This document shows, piece after piece, positions 53,053 to 64,000 of a stretch of DNA of 64,000 bases. This DNA is from Octopus vulgaris (Eukaryota): the NCBI GenBank assembly GCA_951406725.2, contig OX597817.1, positions 92,814,001 through 92,878,000 of the forward strand, written 5' to 3'. The notes beneath the pieces were generated by a model. The model was not told where the DNA came from. It ran no database searches and saw only the letters and a list, made by a program, of their open reading frames with translations. Made by a program: the position numbers and the translations under genes. Every line of letters starts with the position of its first letter. The stretch's first letter is position 1.

Positions 53053-54924
53053 TTTTTGCTAGAATGGAACCGATATATCAATTCAATCTATACTCTTACA
53101 AACGCTACACCTTTAAAAAGAAATGGACTTGTTTGATTGGCCCTTTAGAAAAAACGGTCAATCTTCGAGCGATAAACAAAAAGGTCAAAAATATATGTAT
53201 ATATATATAAAAAAAACTTATAAAAATTATAAAATCCGAGGAAAAAACCTTACATTGAATAAAATACATATTGACGTTAATGAAGAAAGTGCAAATTAAT
53301 GCATAGAAATTAAACCTGTTATAAATATTACACTGCAATACATATTTATATTAAAATCTACATATATATATCAACATACACAAAATTATGCGTGCAAACG
53401 CCATACATATACATACGTATGAATATAAATCTAAATATACACATAAAAGCATGTGTACATATATTCACGCAAAACCATCTCGCACGCAAGTTAAAAAAGA
53501 TCTATGTAGCGATTCTCATATACTGAGTAAGGGGGGGAACGAAAGAAAGGGAGAGAGAGAAAAAGGAACGAAGGAGGTGTAGGGAAAAAAACGAAATAAG
53601 AAAAAATTATGTAAACAAGCAGTGTAACGGCATTATTGGCATATATGGAGACAAGTATACATACATAAGTTTGAATGGATACAGTCGTGTATATGTGTGC
53701 TTAAGCACAAACATACTTTCACTTACACATACACAGATACGCATGCTTTTTTTAAAAAAAAACATTGCTTTTTTTAAAAAAAATGGGTGCATTAATAAAA
53801 ATATATACGAAAGACATATAAAATAAAATATAACATCCTATTTTGGGTCATTTATAAATAATTAAGGTAATATAAATAATCAAGGTAATCCTATATAATA
53901 CAATAACATGAAAACAAAGTTGGAGGTTTTTCCTAATATATATGTAGAAACATAAGACTTTGCTATACGGATTAAGATCCGCATTGCTTGGAAACATGTT
54001 ATTGTATTGCATAGGATTACCTTGATTATTTATAATCAAAATCAAAAATACAAAATATATACTCTATCCATATGGTATATTTATATTCGACATTTTAAAT
54101 TTAGCCGCGTGCCTACATAAGTTCATTAGCTCGCTTCTTTGATTCAAAGAATTATTGTCTTTGAATAAGATGTTGTCAAAATTAGAATGTTGATATAAGT
54201 ATGTGCATAGCAAAGCATATGTATTTGTAAGCATGCGTATCTGTGTATGTGTAAGTGAAAGTATGTTTGTGCTTAAGCACACATATACACGACTGTATCC
54301 ATTCAAACTTATGTATGTATACTTGTCTCCATATATGCCAATAATGCCGTTACACTGCTTGTTTACATAATTTTTTCTTATTTCGTTTTTTTCCCTACAC
54401 CTCCTTCGTTCCTTTTTCTCTCTCTCCCTTTCTTTCGTTCCCCCCCTTACTCAGTATATGAGAATCGCTACATAGATCTTTTTTAACTTGCGTGCGAGAT
54501 GGTTTTGCATGAATATATGTACACATGCTTTTATGTGTATATTTAGATTTATATTCATACGTCTGTATATGTATGGCGTTTGCACACATAATTTTGTGTA
54601 TGTTGATATATATATGTAGATTTTAATATAAATATGTATTGCAGTGTAATATTTATGGCAGGTTTAATTTCTATGCATTAATTTGCACTTTCTTCATTAA
54701 CGTCAATATGTATTTTATTCAATGTAAGGTTTTTTCCTCGGATTTTATAATTTTTATAAGTTTTTTTTATATATATATACATATATTTTTGACCTTTTTG
54801 TTTATCGCTCGAAGATTGACCGTTTTTTCTAAAGGGCCAATCAAACAAGTCCATTTCTTTTTAAAGGTGTAGCGTTTGTAAGAGTATAGATTGAATTGAT
54901 ATATCGGTTCCATTCTAGCAAAAA

Positions 54925-54962
54925 CTGTCTGATGAACGGCAACGAGAAACTCAGAGTAACAG
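54925..54962 (+). ncRNA. Minimal type I hammerhead ribozyme (inverted copy)
   Basis: Same sequence as 53015-53052. Confidence 0.7.
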
Positions 54963-54994
54963 ATTTTGTTGAATTTTCTGCTGCTTAAAATAAA

Positions 54995-55050
<56 letters not shown>

Positions 55051-55060
55051 TATATATGTG

Positions 55061-55103
<43 letters not shown>

Positions 55104-55544
55104 TCAATTATTATTTCAATAATAAAAGGTACAATCAATAACGATTTTACCAGCTAGCCAGTGCGGAAATAAAAACACACACGTGGGTATAACAGAAAGA
55201 TATGAATTATACTCGGCAGTATATTGTTACGTGTGTGGATAGATATCGGACATACGATGACGTTGATCGTGTGCCTATTTTGAAATACTCGCGAACTTAT
55301 ACGGAGTACTAAACTGAAAAGTAAAATTACTTTTCACATTAAGTTCGAAACGCGTCCATAGGTGACCGGCCTTGTTGATTCATTTTTTTTTGCTTGTCTA
55401 CAATAAGGTGTTATTCTCGGAGATTTTAATGTAGTAAAATGGACCTTAGCGTCTATTTCTAACGGTGCGTGGTGAGGCATAAAGCTGATTCCTTGTTATA
55501 ATTATGTATATAATTGTAAAATTATTTATGTGTGTGTGTGTATG

Positions 55545-55735
55545 ATTATAGTAAGAGGAACTACTGAGTAGCGTCACATGCCACAAGAAAACGCCAAATG
55601 GCTCTAAAACTACCTCATTTATCACATAGAGATATCACATCAGCCCGTGTCTATGTAATCAATAAGGTAGTTTTAGAGCCGTTTGGCTTCTTCTTGTAGC
55701 ATGTGACGCTACTCAGTAGTGACCCTTATAATTAT
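55545..55735. mobile_element. MITE-like fold-back
   Basis: actactgagtagcgtcacatgc..ggctctaaaactacct versus aggtagttttagagcc..gcatgtgacgctactcagtagt. Confidence 0.7.
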
Positions 55736-56227
55736 ATTTACTAGCGAGACCCGTGGCATCTCCACGAATGTTGAGTGTATAATAAACTTTTTCTATATAT
55801 ATGTATTTATAAAACTAACGCATTGAAGAAAGGAGTAGTTAAAATCTCTACATACATAATAGAATGAGATACTTAGCCAGCAAATACCAAAATTGCGTAT
55901 ATTTCTACAGTTTTATTTTAAAATAAATTTTAACTATTTATTCTATCCTTTTTTAACATACAATACCCATAGGCTGGGAAAATAAACAACACATAGCGAC
56001 ACTTGGGAGTGTCCACCATTTGTGCAAAGATTGCCAATGCCAGTAGGTTCGTGGTACTACCCCTCCCATCTATAGAGCCATGCCAGTTTACTCCGATATG
56101 AATACTGAAAACATTAGATCTATATATGTACAAATCTATATAATACATGCGACATATAAATAGTATCCTCTTTTGAAAGATATTCATTTAATTTATATAT
56201 ATATATATATATATATTAAATGAATAT

Positions 56228-56260
<33 letters not shown>

Positions 56261-56261
<1 letters not shown>

Positions 56262-56426
56262 TTTATTTAAAAGCAGCAGAAATTCAACAAAACCTCTTAC
56301 TCGGAGTTTCACGTTCCCGTTCGTCGGACAGTTTTGTTAAAATATTTTAACAAAACTGTCCGACGAACGGGAACGTGAAACTCCGAGTAACAGGTTTAGT
56401 TGAATTTCTGCTGCTTTTAAATAAAG
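56261..56426. repeat. Spacer-less 166-bp palindrome with a hammerhead motif in each arm
   Basis: Centre gttttgttaaaat|attttaacaaaac (56343/56344). Right arm ctgt CCGACGA acg ggaa cgt GAAA ctc c gag TA acag at 56356-56393. Same pLTR family as 52911-53060. Confidence 0.88.
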
Positions 56427-56495
56427 CATATTACTCTACCCCTGGTATTTGAGTACTCTTTTTTCAACCTTGCTTCACATTTATGTGTTTACTCC

Positions 56496-56529
<34 letters not shown>

Positions 56530-56544
56530 AACACACACACATAT

Positions 56545-56670
<126 letters not shown>

Positions 56671-56677
56671 ATATATA

Positions 56678-57369
56678 TAAAGTGATGGTTTGTTGCCAAC
56701 TTAATGTGATAGTCTCAGGAAAGGAAAGAATACTACTGCTATTTAGCCCCAGGAAACATCGTTTCCAGTTGGCTATATGACACAATCGTTCTGTGTCCTT
56801 AAGTTTTCAAACAGGGGAGATAAGTACCTCCACCCAGCAAAGCCAGCATCCAAATACTAGTTTCAGATTCATTGCCCTTCATCACGATAAAGTGATGGTT
56901 TGTTGCCAATTTAATATTGCAGTCCACGGAAAGGGAAGAATGCTACTGCTACAAAGCATGACTTTATCTTGCTGCTACTGTATAAGTCTTCTTGAGAGAT
57001 ATAGAAATGCAATATTTCTAATTTTGTAGATCAGTGAATTTATTTCACTTGAAATTCTATATGTTTTCAAAGGCGAATAAGCATCGACAGCTAGCAAACC
57101 AAGCTACTGTTGAAAAGCAATGACTCTGAAACTAGTCTCTGGATGCTGGTTTGCTAGGTGGAGGTGCTTATTTCCTCTAATAGAAAACTCAAGGACACAG
57201 AACGCTTGTATCACATAGCCAACTGGAAACGATGTTTCCTGGGGTTTAATAGCAGTAGCATTCTTCCATATCCTGGGACTGACACATTAAGTTGGCAACA
57301 GACCATCACTTTATCGTGCTGCTACTGTATAAGTCTCTCTGAGAGATTTTGAAACGCAATATTTCTAAT

Positions 57370-57372
<3 letters not shown>
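56678..57372. repeat. Compound inverted and direct repeat block
   Basis: 56678-56875 is inverted at 57115-57315; 56960-57025 is repeated directly at 57308-57372. Confidence 0.75.
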
Positions 57373-57444
<72 letters not shown>

Positions 57445-60400
57445 GCCAATGATACATATCTAATACAATCAAGGGTCTCCAGAATTTCTAAAAGCACTTC
57501 ACTCTCGGCAAACAATATTCTTAATGGCAGTTCGCCCTCTTCTCCTTCCTTGTCTGTCCGTCTCCATCACCTTAACCCTAACATTTGAGAGTTTACGAGC
57601 TCTAGAGTATGCCACATACAACTGCCTATGACTGAACACTAGATGAGGTATGAACAATCCCACCTTCTCAAATGTGTGCCCCTATGGCTTGTTAATAGAA
57701 TGGTATATGACAAACAGAGAGGAAACTGGGCTTTCTCCAAGGTGAATGGCAATTTAGGGTCACTTGGAGCCAGCTTTATTCTGGGGATGAGGACACATCT
57801 GCCAATTAATGAGCCGCTAATCAAAGAAGCCGCCACTAAATATGGATGCATGGCCACCATTTGCAGTCTTGTACTATTGAGGAGTCCATAGAGTCCATTC
57901 TGGATATAAATGTTACGTAGAAGCATTACTATTAGCCGGGATTAAATCTCAGTTTATGAGGAGGCATTCCTGTTGGTGTCAAAGAGCTTAGAAATTCAAG
58001 TAGATAGCAGGCTCATCTGTCGAAATTTTACCTATGCTATAATAGGTACGGAAATCACCTGGAAGTTGTCTCAAAACTTCTTCATTGATCAGGAAGCAGT
58101 CTGAGATTTTGGCGAAAGAATTACTCTGCTTCTTCTCTCTTCTTCAGATGTATTGTTGAAGTTATCCATCAGAGAGCCGTCAAAGTTTGAAATCTGAAGC
58201 ACTTCTATGTCATCAACAAGCAAGATTAGGATCTTGTGGAGCTGTATATTTTCCATTGCCAAGATGCAAGAGCCATGCTGCAAATTTCCTTTGATCTGCT
58301 GTTGTCCTGATATTTTGATTTAATTTGTATTAGATGAATTTCATCCATAGAGGAGAATTTTTAATACAAATTTCAATATTTGCCTCACGAGTTCCTCTTA
58401 GCAATATGGATAGGAATTGCCTAAAGTCTCCCCAAAAAGCACAATTCTACCACCAAAAGCAGTAGCAATGCCAGTGATATCTCGCAAGGCTTTATCAATT
58501 GTATGAAGAACAAATGAAGGAATCATAGAAGCTTCATCCAAGATGATCAAATCCAGGTTGATACATTGCAAACGCTGACCTCCATGAGTGGAACTGGCAA
58601 CTTGAACAAGCTATGGATAGACTTTCCACCTAACAGTAGTGTAAAAGAAATGCCTGTTCAAGCACCACAGCACACGTTTCAGTTGTTCCTTTGCAAATAA
58701 GAAATTATGGTATTAATTATGGTGTATCTACATAGAAAAAATGCATGATGCATGGTCCTGGCGGAACAGATAATCTTTCCTACCCTTGCATGGAAGGATT
58801 ATCTGCTCTGCAAGGACCATGTATCATGCATTTTTTCACTAAATCATGCAAGACTGGATCATCATTGGCATCAGGAATTTCAGATGTCACGATTCTATCT
58901 ATGTCATCGCTGTTTCTGAGTGTGTCCTCGTTTTTCAACACTACCAACATGTGACAGTGAGGAAGACCTCTCTTCTGAAACTCAATGACATGGACATGAG
59001 CCACTGGCACTACAAAAATGTGTCTATCCTTTATGTCCCTCATAAGTTCTGCAAGGTGTGACTTGTACACTCGGGCAACTAAATCTGGCCTATTTTCAGG
59101 TGTTTCATTTTGCTGTAGATTATCAACTATCTCAGGGCTCTTCAGGCTGCAAGTGTAAATGATGAACAAGTCTGGTTTAGCACACTTTGAAACAATTGGC
59201 ATGGAATCCTGAAAATATTGGTGCATATTCTTTGGACTGCCTGTGAATGGGGAAGGTAGTATCACTGACATCCCTGGTTCAATATTCTCATCTGCTCCTG
59301 TGTTCAACTAGTCCATCAATCCATTGTACCTTTCCACTAGCAACTGGGTCTGAATGTTCCTAAGCTATTGCAACCTTCAACTTTGACCTATGCCTCCTCA
59401 ACATGGTTTTGAAATAGCTGTAGTATTCTTGCATTGTCAGACGCTTACGCACACGTGTTCGGCGTTCCGCGACATGTTGCATCTCAAAATGTCATCCAAA
59501 TTCCCATGGGGAAACAGAATTAGGTAGCTCATAGGGTCGAAGTGGCATGACGTGTAAGATATTTTTTCAGGAGGAGCATCTCTGGAATGCACAATAATGT
59601 CTCTATTTTCAGGAGGGGCACCAATTTTCTCCAGCAAACATTGTTGCTATTTCATTGCTGATAGGGAAATTGTAGCGTCTAATATCGGATCCTCTCCTGA
59701 AACGTAACTCAAGTCTCCGTATTAGCACATTGTCTCTTCTGGCTCTCTCCTCTCCTTAATTAACTGCATACATGTTCTTGTACAATTCTGCATAAGGATT
59801 AATTTGGTGGATAACATCACTAATTCTTCTCATAGTAATAGGGGAACACTCTGAATTTTGAGGTGCATCCATCCTGTGCTGCAGAGCTTCATCCGCATCA
59901 GTGATGTATAACTGGCTATATTGCGGTTGATTATTAGCAGGATGCAGGTTTGTCATTGTGTGGTTAGTTTGGCCCTGAATGCGGAAGCAATACGGACCCC
60001 TTCCTAGAAGTGCTGCTAGTTTGACTCCAATGGTGAAGGTACAATTTTAAGTCTCCGGATATGATTGCAATGCAGGCACGTTCAGTTTTCCATTGTGGCA
60101 ACAACTGTTATTTTCATTTCTAAACTTTATTGCACCACAGGATTCACATATAATGTTCATTTCTCCTATGTTAAATTGTTCAGCACTGGCCTGTCTGCTC
60201 ACACGCTGTCGCTACATCGGATGCTTCCTTAAATTGTCAATTTCACCAGCATTCATATTTTGAACTCTTTCTCGATATCTTCCCCTTTGGTTTTGATGAT
60301 AAATAACCCTGTCATGTTGATTCATGTTCTCAACTTTTTGCTGAAATAAGTTTCTCTGCTGCTCTCAACACTGTGCACGATGCTTTTCATTCGTATTTTT

Positions 60401-60479
60401 CTTTCCTTTGCTGAGATAAGTGTCTCTGTTTCTCATGGTACTGTGTATGCTGTTTCTCATTCATCTTCTCGATTCTTAC

Positions 60480-61412
60480 ATTCTTCTTTAGATCTCTTTT
60501 GAGTCTTACTTGTGTTATCCTGGCTTCTTCAAATGCTTTCACTCCTCTCCCCATCTTTGTTTGCCATCCGAAGCAAGGGTTTCGATCCGAAGCAAGGGTT
60601 TCTATATCTTCTGGAACCATTCCCAGTAACTTCATAGTAGTCCTTATGCCGTCCTTAAACCTTTTTTATGGGTTTACACCGATAGCGTTTCCCTTCTGCA
60701 ATCTCACCATAAAATAGCTTTTTCGGCATGCGTTCATCTGCTTTTCGAACAATATGGCTACATTTTCTCAATTGGTTCCGCAAAATCATAGCTTTAATTG
60801 AGGTGATGCCTGCAGATGCAAGGACATCTATGTTTGGAGTAAAGAACTCCATTTAATTTTTAAAATGCGATGAAGGTAATTTAAAAGGCATTTCATAACA
60901 AATCCAAGTTTCACAGGAATACAACTCAGATGATAAGACAAATAATTTGTAAAAAGTCAGTTTTGTATTCTTATTTATATGTCGCTGGTATCAAACACGT
61001 GACAGCAAGCCACCAAATTCTTTTGCTGCCCTTTGAATTCGCAGTTATATTTCTGTATCTAGATTTCCATCATTTTGAAGAGAGCTTCCATGGTGGACGA
61101 ACAAATCGCCAACCTCAAGTAACTTTCATTTAACAAAACTTTTAGTGGGGTTACAAACAGCACCACCTGCAGGTTGATTCATTACAAAAATTTTTTTTTC
61201 AAGTTGATGGTCAAGCCAAAATCATCACAAGCCGAGTCAAATGCGGATACAAGAGATTGCAGACCTGTTTTGAATTTCAGTCTGGTAAGATTAAAAACAT
61301 TCCCTGTTGTCAACACAACAGCAAAGTATATTGCAAAGAGAGTGGGTACATCAGGGTCTCTTTACTTTACTCCATTTTCCACAGCAAAAGAAGATTCAGA
61401 GACCCTACCACC
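60480..61412 (-). mobile_element. RTE/BovB-like LINE fragment (RT C-terminal half)
   Basis: GVK..PTLFAIYF; SIKAMILRNQLRKCSHIVRKADERMPKKLFYGEIAEGKR. Confidence 0.75.
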
Positions 61413-61413
61413 G

Positions 61414-61519
<106 letters not shown>

Positions 61520-61532
61520 TGAATAGATAGAT

Positions 61533-61850
61533 AAGTTTCTTTATTGGCCACACAGGGCTGCACACAGATGGGACAAGTTACAAGGTAGAGCTTTTCTTTT
61601 GGGGGATGAAAAAAACAAAAAACAAAAGAAAAAAAAGGGGTGGCGTAGGTTTTCGATCAAGAGGGATCGTAAAAGGGAAGAAAAGAACAAAAATAAATAA
61701 ATAAATAAATAAAATAAAAAATAAGAAGAATAAAAAGAAAAAAAGGAAAAGGAACAAAAGAAAAGAGAAATGAAAAAAGAAGAAAAAAGGGGAAAAAAGG
61801 GGAAGAGGAAAAAAAAGAACGATCAATAGGGATCGTGTATCACAGTGTTA
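61533..61850 (-). mobile_element. 3' end of a LINE-like repeat (pyrimidine-rich UTR, AATAAAGAAA terminus)
   Basis: ctaccttgtaacttgtcccatctgtgtgcagccctgtgtggccAATAAAgaaa, inserted in a microsatellite. Confidence 0.5.
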
Positions 61851-62003
61851 TGATATATGGTGTAAAGGGAGATAGATAGATAGATAGATTTCGTCTTGTT
61901 TATTTTAAGTAAATGGTATTAACTATTAATACAACCGTTGATAAATTTAACAAAATAACTAACTACCAGAAATGAACAAAGTAGAGCAGTATAATTTACT
62001 AAC

Positions 62004-62061
62004 AGTCGTAGCTGTTCACACATGAAAGAGCTATTACCACTAGTAACAACTGGTACAGCAT
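62004..62061 (-). CDS. Paralogous signal-peptide exon MLYQLLLVVIALSCVNSYD (alternative first exon or orphan)
   Basis: 58 nt, intact ATG, phase 1 donor T|gttagt, upstream TATA; homologous to 29444-29387. Confidence 0.6.
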
Positions 62062-63835
62062 GACGACCAGTTTCTTTCAGCTTCTTTGTGTTTGGTGACA
62101 GTTGTTTTCCGAAACAAGGACAAGTTTGACAAATGTCTCAGAACTCTTTTTTATAATACTTAATATACGTGATCAGTTGAACGAATAACAGAAAAACTAC
62201 AAATAACTTAACTGAATTATTTATAACAATTCCATATTTAAAAATAACTTATCTGTCCACCACCCAAGGTAATCTATTTAAAAATGGGTGGATCTTTTCT
62301 CTTGTTATGTTTTACAAATTCATTCAATAATAAATAATGATAAACTCACGTGTTACTTAATGTGTTCACAATCTCTCAATCGGTTATAATTAATTACTGA
62401 AGTATACAATACACTTCTTGATACCGGGAAATGCAAATAACTCTCTTCCAGTTTTCATACAACTCCTGAGAACATTTTTTCCGAACACTCTCAGACATTT
62501 CTTATACTGCATACATGATTTGTAACAAATATACTGGTTTCAATCTCTATACTATCCCCAGTCAGTTTGTAGATACTCTTTTTTATTTATTGTTTTTTTT
62601 TTGTTTTTTTTATAATCCTATTTAGACTTCGTGACTACCCAGAAACAGATTCACAAATTATTCCAATATATTTGCTGCCAGTTTAGAATTCCTTCCTTTC
62701 TCAATGATTACATTTTTTTTCTATGAACACACTGAGCATAGGATCATAACTAACATTTTCTAACATTTCCTCAGTACCTAACATGTATTCAACATACCTA
62801 ACATTTCTTCAATATCCATTAGATGTCTATGCTGAAGAACAGTATCTCCGAAATTGTTCATCATTTACTTCTTTGTCTTCCTTTACATTAGTGATGGTCT
62901 TTTGTATATCTTATCATTAATATAATATTGATATACTTCTATATATTCGACATAGTTTGTTTCTGATATCTCTACATAATCACTATTTACTATTTACAAT
63001 AGCTATGTATTGTGAATATCTGAAGATGCAGTTAGGGTGTTAAACGTAACAGTATTGGCCTGTTGTAAACCTTGAACAAGATGAAGGTCATTTTGTATAT
63101 TCTCTTGTGTCTTCGTCTCTCTTTTCATTTGCCATGCCTACAAAAGTTGGCGATCGTGCACATCCATGCATTCATGTCCCACACACAATTTAGCATGTCA
63201 TTCAGCCACACATTTTAATGCCATTTGGTAAGGATATCAGTTATCTACTCTCTGTTTTTCCTAGACTCTTCCATCGTTTAGTTCTTCGACAGTAATCTAA
63301 TGCCTAAGTAATTTTAGTTTCCATTATCCCTACTGAAGTCAGCCATTTTCCCCTTATGTTATTAAGACATCGTATATGCATACGTTTGTGTGTGTGTGTG
63401 TACATATAGAGCATCGTCGGACTAAATTTGACGACTTTTCAATGTGTCTTTATCTTCAGGAACAACTGAAAATATTGGCGATCAGTGATTGGCAATGGAA
63501 AGCCTAATGATTAAAGTTTTCGTTGAGAAAAAGTTAGCTGACATGGAGGACAGTACATACCAGGAATATATGTGTGTGAGTGTATGTGTGTTCCTGAAAT
63601 TTTTTTCTACATTTTCTACGGATTGCTTCAAGCTCACTTTCTTCATCACATCAATCATTGGATCTTACATTTATAGATTTAGTTAAGCTTTACACAAAAA
63701 AAATCAACGGAGAACCAGATTGTGTGGGTGAAAGATTTATTTAATACAGTTCTATATTTAAGAGATGAGGAATTATGTACAATATTTAAATCATTTACAT
63801 ATGACGGATATTTGTCCTCATCTTGTTTGTTGTTA

Positions 63836-63879
63836 ACACAACTTTTCGGCTGATATACATTGCAGCCTTCATCAGGTGT
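63836..63879 (-). ncRNA. Minimal hammerhead motif in PLE pLTR
   Basis: acac CTGATGA a ggctg-caatgtatat-cagcc GAAA ag TT gtgt; stem III essentially absent. Confidence 0.6.
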
Positions 63880-64000
63880 ATTGGGGAAATTTCGAACCTG
63901 GGATAGTGATTAACAGCGCGGGCTACAAAGCCCAAGTTTCTGAGTTCGATTCCAAGCAGTGACCTGAATAATAATAATAATAATAAATAATAATAATAAT

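Larger units (their letters stand above)
52911..54995 (-). mobile_element. 5'-truncated Penelope-like (Naiad-type) insertion with about 765-bp inverted pLTR
   Basis: Arms 52982-53747 and 54229-54995 are nearly identical. The spacer encodes the GIY-YIG C-terminus LNQRSELMNLCRHAAKF. Each arm has a hammerhead. Confidence 0.8.

Noticed and set aside
55275-55361. cctat..gaactta..taagttc GAAA cgcg TC catagg hammerhead-like fold
   Set aside because: Stems are plausible but there is no recognisable CUGANGA core; not called.

Overview
AT-rich, microsatellite-dense animal genomic DNA. The SINE, LINE and Penelope repertoire looks like a coleoid cephalopod, probably Octopus (inference, not database-checked). 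One clear host gene is present on the minus strand, with three coding exons (29444-29387, 23775-21959, 21308-21294). It encodes a 629-aa secreted protein made of 16 tandem six-cysteine pacifastin/VWC-half modules. Its TATA promoter and signal-peptide exon are duplicated 32.6 kb upstream (61.9-63.7 kb). I see no second repeat exon for that copy, so it may be an alternative first exon or an orphan. The rest is mobile DNA: a near-intact Ty3/Gypsy element with a -1 frameshift signal, decayed Helitrons and non-autonomous Helitrons, R4/Dong-like and RTE-like LINE fragments, tRNA-derived SINEs and MITE-like fold-backs. There are also many Penelope-like (PLE) fragments. Their pseudo-LTRs carry about 20 canonical or variant type I hammerhead ribozyme motifs, often in long inverted repeats or spacer-less palindromes. 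All calls were made by eye and repeat boundaries are approximate.
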